The notes under the pieces: model-generated
Database searches by the model: none
The model's input: only the letters and a program-made list of their open reading frames with translations
What the model was told of the DNA's origin: nothing
Source: an uncultured virus (IMG/VR IMGVR_UViG_3300022555_000016)
Taxonomy: Duplodnaviria > Heunggongvirae > Uroviricota > Caudoviricetes
Direction: 5' to 3' (one strand)
DNA length: 20,000 nt
IMG/VR virus record: IMGVR_UViG_3300022555_000016
Part shown: piece after piece, positions 15,241 to 20,000 of the stretch
Layout of the letters: every line of letters begins with the position of its first letter
How positions within the stretch are numbered: the stretch's first letter is position 1
Program-made: the position numbers and the translations under genes

Positions 15241-18200
15241 TTAACCACATTTAGAGTAACCGCAGTCTAAACAGGATTGGCACCCTTCTTTACGTATTAA
15301 ACTAGGCTGTTGGCACTTTGGGCAAATTTCACCCAGCACCTTAGGCTTAACACTAGAATCAACCTGTTCAATGTTAACTAAACGGTCCTTACTGGTGTCG
15401 TGATAGTTAATACTTTGTAAGTGCTGATGTATGATTATACCGATGTACGCAGTTAAGGATGGGATATATTTACCCTTAACCCATTGACCGCCTTGAGGAG
15501 AGTGCGTCTGCAAAAGCTCTTCAATTACGAAACTAGCATCTGTTCCGTCATCAGCGGAACGACGGAAGATTCCAGATATCATCCGGGTCAAGGCTACGAT
15601 TAACTCTAGGCTCTCTACGGCTTTAGTATTAACAAAAAGCTCAAAGGGAAGAACCTTACCGTCTTCCGAAATTATATTGTTAATAGTTATGTAGTAAGCG
15701 CGTGAAGAGTCTACACCCCACTTTATCTTATAAGACTTACCTTCCAGAACATCAGGCCGCTCAGGCTTACCGTTCTTGCTCATTTTCTTAGTAACCTTTT
15801 CTTCTTGAGGCAAAGCTTTTAGCTCGTCAGCAGTTACTGCTTCAGAAGTGACACTTAATATACTACCACGATTAGGATTGGGGCGATAGGTAGTAACTCC
15901 CTTACACCCCGTATCGTAAGCGGTCATGTATACAGACTTAAACTCATCAAAAGTTATAGACTCAGGACAGTTAACAGTTTTACTAACAGCAGCGTCAATA
16001 TACGTCTGACAAGCAGCTTGCATAGCTAAATGTTCATCAACAGTAAGTTCTAAGGCTGTAACCATACTATTAGGCAAACTGCTTAAAGAAGCAGTTACTG
16101 GGTCAAGCTTGTTTACTGAACAATATAGCTGCCATCCGCGATCACAAACAGCAAACTCCTTAAATGACTCGTCTAACTGGCGAACTTTCCTATAGTACCT
16201 GAAAGAAAAAGTTGGCTCCAACCCTGAAGATACATTACCGTAGTACAGACTAGTTGTACCATTAGGAGCACAGGTCTGTAGCACGGCATTACGGATACCA
16301 GTCTTCCTTATTAACTTTTGAGTATCCTTAGGTAAGTCTTTAAAGAAATGATTATCACACCACCCTTTACTGTACAAAGGAAAGGCTCCACGCTCTACAG
16401 CTAATTCAGCGGACGCGTGATAAACAGTATCACGCCAAGTTTTTAAAGTGGATTTAGTCCAATCTAAAGATTCCGAACTTCCGTAGCGTAAACCTAACGC
16501 TTGTAAAGCACTAGCTAAACCTAAAAACCCTGCGCCAATCCTACGCTTACTATCAGACTCTTCTTCTTGCATAAGTAGAGGCCAATTAGTTATGTCTAAT
16601 ACGTTATCTAGAAACCTCACTCCTAAAGATGCGACCTTCTTCATACGATCTAAATCGAAACTGGCATTTTTAGTAAAAGGTTCACGAACAAAAGACAGTA
16701 GATTTATAGCACCTAAGTCACACGTTCCGTAGGGAGGCAACGGTTCCTCGCCGCAATTTCCGGTTGTAATTCCTACAGCCAGTGCAACTTTGTGGTGTGG
16801 TTTTACTGTACAGCAGTAGACTTCCTTATCGATACCATCTGGTTCAATGGATACCACTTTACTGTACTTAGGCTTAGGAAGCCTATTGCTTACAGTTTTA
16901 TTTGAAAAGTTTTTAAGCCTACTAAACTCAACTTGCTTAGCCAAGTTAATTGAGTCAATTTGACTAAGACCTAACCGCCAAGACTCTTGACAATAATAAT
17001 TACCGCCTGGCATGTCCTTATAACAAGCTGCTTTCATAAGACCTAACTTAGAATTCACACCTAAAGACTTAAGAAGTGTTTGAATATCAATTAAAAAACC
17101 TTTTTCAACGGAGCTTAATTGATAACCAAACCCATTGGTTTTTGAATCTTTAACTGTACCATCTGCGTCAAAAAGACCTGCTAAAAATTCACACTTAGTA
17201 GCATAGTCCCAAGAGAAGCAATACCTAGGCAAACGACTCTTATACTTGGACGCCCAGTTATCTAAACGACCGTCATTATTCCGAACAGTTAGTCCAGACA
17301 TTTGCCATTTAGTAGGCATACTTGGCGATACCGAAAACCCTAATTCAACCTCTGCGTTAGTGTTAACTGCACCAACTTCAAGTTCCGAAGCAGACTCAAT
17401 TAACCTAGAAGCACAACAATGCTTAGGTTCATATAGGAACAGATTTAGGCGTGACTTGCCTGAGTCTCGCGTAGAAGTATGCCCATCGCCTACCAAGAAA
17501 CCCTTAAGATAAGCTGCTGGTTCCCAACGCGTACCATTATACTCTACAGTAGCCAACTCTAACCTATGACCGACTTTCAAATCTTTAGCTTTAAGCTTAG
17601 TACCGTTATCCAAATAAAACGAATGCTCTGTTGTAACTCTCAACGAAGAACCATCATAGAGAGTTACTTTCAACATAGGTTGATTGTTGCCAGTAACCCT
17701 AAAGTTGTCAACGTCAACCCAGGAAGTACCATCCCATATGGTTACTAACTTTCCTACCAACTTTTTAATAGGCTTAGCCCCGTTATTGGTGATAATTAAA
17801 GTATCCGCTGAAAAACAGGGATTAGTTGCAGAGATGACCTCACCACTATACTTTAAGTTGTTTCTGGAGTTTATCTCATCAATAAAAATTACCCCAGGCT
17901 CTGCCATAGAGTAAGTGCTAGTCATAATAGCATCCCAAAGTTCAACCGCAGGCAAAACTTTGTATACATACCAAGGCTTACCGTTTTTTTCTTTAACAGA
18001 AACTACGGTAGTCAGATCAACAGGAGGAATACCAAAACCTAATTCCCAAACACCGCCGGATTTTACAGAAGTCATCAATTTACTAGTGACTAAAACTGAC
18101 ATATTAAAATTTAGCAAAATTCCTGACTTCTGCTTGGCGGTTATAAATTCAAAAATGTCAGGGTGATCATCTGCCATAACTGCCATCATAGCACCTCTCC

Positions 18201-18678
18201 GACTCGACCCAGAGAGAATAGCTTGGCACATAGAATCAAACATTTTCATAAAAGAAATTGGACCACTAGAAGTGGAGCCTGTAGCTTTAACTATAGCACC
18301 TTTAGGACGTAAAGTAGAAAAATCAAAACCAATACCTCCACCTTGTTGCATAGTTAACGCCGCTTCTTTTAACTTTTCCATGATGTCTGCCATAGAATCA
18401 TCTATAGTACCAGACACAAAGCAGTTTAAAGAAGTAGTCTTGTGATCAGTACCAGCACTAGCATGAATCCTACCAGCAGGATTCCATTCGCGGTTAATCA
18501 TTGCTTCTAGCACGAGAGGCATAAACTCATCACGCCTAGTATCCTTTTCATAAACAGCGGAAACGACCCTTTTAAAAGAGTCTTCAATTGACTGTTCATT
18601 ACCTTCCGCCCACCGATACTTCTCGCGCCAAATATAGTCAACAATTGGATCGTAAGGGACAAAATTTGATACTGTCAT
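15241..18678 (-). CDS. nrdJ: Class II (adenosylcobalamin-dependent) ribonucleotide reductase with intein, C-terminal TSCPD-like domain and Zn ribbon
   Basis: PAGRI, NCFV, QQGGGIGFDFSTLRPKG, RRGAMM, NP|CGEEPL, CDLGAINL, APNGTTS, SSGLEP, KGVTTYR; terminal CPKC...EGCQSCLDCGYSKCG. Confidence 0.96.
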   Translation of the reverse strand: MTVSNFVPYDPIVDYIWREKYRWAEGNEQSIEDSFKRVVSAVYEKDTRRDEFMPLVLEAMINREWNPAGRIHASAGTDHKTTSLNCFVSGTIDDSMADIMEKLKEAALTMQQGGGIGFDFSTLRPKGAIVKATGSTSSGPISFMKMFDSMCQAILSGSSRRGAMMAVMADDHPDIFEFITAKQKSGILLNFNMSVLVTSKLMTSVKSGGVWELGFGIPPVDLTTVVSVKEKNGKPWYVYKVLPAVELWDAIMTSTYSMAEPGVIFIDEINSRNNLKYSGEVISATNPCFSADTLIITNNGAKPIKKLVGKLVTIWDGTSWVDVDNFRVTGNNQPMLKVTLYDGSSLRVTTEHSFYLDNGTKLKAKDLKVGHRLELATVEYNGTRWEPAAYLKGFLVGDGHTSTRDSGKSRLNLFLYEPKHCCASRLIESASELEVGAVNTNAEVELGFSVSPSMPTKWQMSGLTVRNNDGRLDNWASKYKSRLPRYCFSWDYATKCEFLAGLFDADGTVKDSKTNGFGYQLSSVEKGFLIDIQTLLKSLGVNSKLGLMKAACYKDMPGGNYYCQESWRLGLSQIDSINLAKQVEFSRLKNFSNKTVSNRLPKPKYSKVVSIEPDGIDKEVYCCTVKPHHKVALAVGITTGNCGEEPLPPYGTCDLGAINLLSFVREPFTKNASFDLDRMKKVASLGVRFLDNVLDITNWPLLMQEEESDSKRRIGAGFLGLASALQALGLRYGSSESLDWTKSTLKTWRDTVYHASAELAVERGAFPLYSKGWCDNHFFKDLPKDTQKLIRKTGIRNAVLQTCAPNGTTSLYYGNVSSGLEPTFSFRYYRKVRQLDESFKEFAVCDRGWQLYCSVNKLDPVTASLSSLPNSMVTALELTVDEHLAMQAACQTYIDAAVSKTVNCPESITFDEFKSVYMTAYDTGCKGVTTYRPNPNRGSILSVTSEAVTADELKALPQEEKVTKKMSKNGKPERPDVLEGKSYKIKWGVDSSRAYYITINNIISEDGKVLPFELFVNTKAVESLELIVALTRMISGIFRRSADDGTDASFVIEELLQTHSPQGGQWVKGKYIPSLTAYIGIIIHQHLQSINYHDTSKDRLVNIEQVDSSVKPKVLGEICPKCQQPSLIRKEGCQSCLDCGYSKCG
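16756..17817 (-). mobile_element. Intein (354 aa) with LAGLIDADG homing endonuclease in nrdJ
   Basis: Begins CFSADT after ATNP; block B VTTEHSF; LAGLIDADG motifs LKGFLVGDG and FLAGLFDADG; block F VYCCTV; ends ITTGN before +1 Cys (CGEEP). Confidence 0.95.
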
Positions 18679-18730
18679 AACGCCAAGCCCTCTTCTTTAA
18701 ACTGTTGAACCTGAAACTAAAAACACAAAA

Positions 18731-18859
18731 TCAAGGTAGCAAACACGACAAGGCTACCAAAACTACAAACAACCACCCTAGCCACAATGACCAATTACGC
18801 CTAACAAACGTCGGATTAACTGAGCTTAACAGGAAGTAACCTTTGTACGAACAGAACAT
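18731..18859 (-). CDS. Putative small membrane peptide (42 aa, not in the ORF track)
   Basis: AAGGTG SD, then MFCSYKGYFLLSSVNPTFVRRNWSLWLGWLFVVLVALSCLLP* with a C-terminal hydrophobic segment. Confidence 0.4.
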   Translation of the reverse strand: MFCSYKGYFLLSSVNPTFVRRNWSLWLGWLFVVLVALSCLLP

Positions 18860-18873
18860 TGCTCACCTTTTTC

Positions 18874-19098
18874 TTACGGGGCTAGGGTAGAACCGTCAAA
18901 CAGAACATCAACTTTCTCAACAAACTCAGACAACGGACGCGACCACTCACTACCGTTAGCACCAATATAATTAACGGTATAGGGGAAATCAATAGATTCA
19001 GGTACTGATGTGTTAGTTACCTTAAGAATGGTGTAGACCGTTCGTTTTCTAGAATGAACTACAACTGTTCCCGGCTTAACTTGTTCCTTGGTTAGCAC
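18874..19098 (-). CDS. Small phage protein, DUF1653-like
   Basis: GGAG SD with GTG start; VVVHSRKRTVYTI...VNY...WSRPLSEFVEK resembles the DUF1653 HxKGxxY...VVY...WxRPxxxF pattern. Confidence 0.65.
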   Translation of the reverse strand: MLTKEQVKPGTVVVHSRKRTVYTILKVTNTSVPESIDFPYTVNYIGANGSEWSRPLSEFVEKVDVLFDGSTLAP

Positions 19099-19127
19099 TA
19101 TCTATCTCCATCAGCATTATAAATAAT

Positions 19128-19166
19128 CACTGGAAACCTCCACCTTTTAAGGTGAGGAGGAAAGCG
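19128..19166 (-). mobile_element. Right-end hairpin of the IscB-bearing IS200/IS605 element
   Basis: Minus strand TTCCTCCTCACCTTAAAAGGTGGAGGTTTCC directly after the iscB stop, resembling the usual iscB 3' end pattern (TTCCTCCCC..CCTAAAGG..GGGGTTTCC). Confidence 0.75.
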
Positions 19167-19174
19167 ATTCCTTT

Positions 19175-19828
19175 CTATTTTAAGGGTTGAATCAAAGTGG
19201 TGCTTCTAGCTTGTAGTCTAACACACCCCTTCTTAACATTAACACTGTTAGACACTACAGTACCGTCCAGCTTAACTACAGAGAAACTTCCGGTAGACCG
19301 TTTACCTTTAATGAATCCGGTGCCTTTAGGAGTCTGAATCAGGTCAAACGTCCTAAAGCCGAACAGCTTACCTCTAGGGTAAATCTTCTCAGACCCTAGA
19401 CCCCAACGTTGTTGGTAGTCACCGTGAGCTACGTGTTTCTTGTAGTACACTGGAGTGTCGGCTAGCACTGAAGTAATCTTGATACCACAAGCTATAGCTA
19501 TAGCGTCGTTAGCGTGGGTCTTAGGTAGACCTAACTTCTCCCGTTTAAGTTTAGTCTGGTAACCAAAGGTCTCAACAAACTCCCAATCAGATTTCTTTAA
19601 TTGACTAGAAATGATTCCCATTTCCGTTGGATGTTTGGTAGCAGACCTTTTAGTCGGTAGAGTTATTTTACCGTCATGAATCTCTTTGTGGCGGTCCTTA
19701 CAGACTGCTATCAGGTTAGCAGGGTCGTTGGTACCACCTTCAGACCTAGGAATCTTGTGGTGAACATGAAGTACCTTAGAGTGCTTACCTGTCTTTACCT
19801 GACACTTGTAATCGTCCCTAGCTAGAAT
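19175..19828 (-). pseudogene. iscB: C-terminal half of IscB (HNH, RuvC-III, C-terminal domain), interrupted at the start of the HNH
   Basis: The frame extends upstream of the track's ATG: ILARDDYKCQ...LHVHHKIPRSEGGTNDPANLIAVCKDRHKEIH (HNH), ETFGYQTK, KTHANDAIAIA (RuvC-III), LFGFRTFDL...GFIKGKRSTGSF. Confidence 0.88.
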
Positions 19829-19965
19829 GTGAACAACTCCGGGCTTAAAGCCCTGGAGCTTCCCCCTCGCGGGTGGGAAGTTACTCTTTCGACGAGGACT
19901 GCTGACCCTATCGGGTAGTCTTACACCCTCTCCAGAGTCGTGAATTACCAGTATACCTCCGGTAT
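19829..19965 (-). ncRNA. Right end/omegaRNA scaffold of a TnpB-type IS200/IS605 element inserted in iscB
   Basis: Minus strand ACCGGAGG..CTGGTAATTCACGACTCTGGAGAGGGTGTAAGAC...GCAGTCCTCG..GAAAG, stems ACCC-GATA-GGGT and CCC-GCGA-GGG, terminal hairpin CTCCAGGGC-TTTAA-GCCCGGAG (19858-19837), end motif TTCAC (19833-19829). This follows the known TnpB right-end RNA layout. Confidence 0.8.
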
Positions 19966-20000
19966 TTCTCAGAGACTCAGATTCTTTTTGACATAGAACC

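Noticed and set aside
239..18166. All plus-strand ORFs in the track (e.g. 239..436, 5111..5410, 9882..10217, 12490..12846, 17246..17512)
   Set aside because: They are antisense shadows of well-supported minus-strand genes, with no recognisable motifs.
18679..18873. Cobalamin riboswitch upstream of nrdJ
   Set aside because: No recognisable B12 box or GGGAA...GCCACTG core; the region is better explained by a small ORF and a weak hairpin.
1..20000. tRNA/rRNA genes or an alternative genetic code
   Set aside because: No cloverleaf or T-loop signatures noticed in intergenic regions; genes are full length and densely packed under the standard code.

Overview
Dense, entirely minus-strand, AT-leaning region of a large (probably jumbo) lytic phage. 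The nrdJ and hfq sequences resemble alphaproteobacterial ones, so the host is probably an alphaproteobacterium (inference). In transcription order (right to left): an IscB-type IS200/IS605 nuclease gene cut by the right end/omegaRNA of a TnpB-type element, with the reading frame open straight through the RNA scaffold into the IscB HNH/RuvC-III; a class II (B12) ribonucleotide reductase with a LAGLIDADG intein at the catalytic Cys; a phage Hfq with a remodelled proximal face; a cassette of Y1 transposase TnpA lacking its catalytic Tyr plus two HTH-repeat/endonuclease VII genes, one frameshifted, bracketed by a repeated motif-plus-hairpin; a DxD glycosyltransferase-like gene; a BRO-N antirepressor-like gene between homologous hairpins; a HicA-like gene and small hypotheticals; an enlarged solo TnpB with rearranged RuvC; a degenerate zincin-like protein; an orphan Phd/YefM antitoxin; a tandem-repeat protein; and ATP-grasp, SLOG (YspA-like) and XRE-HTH genes. 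Several sigma70-like promoters and terminator hairpins are visible. All protein assignments come from motif recognition by eye; no database searches were run.
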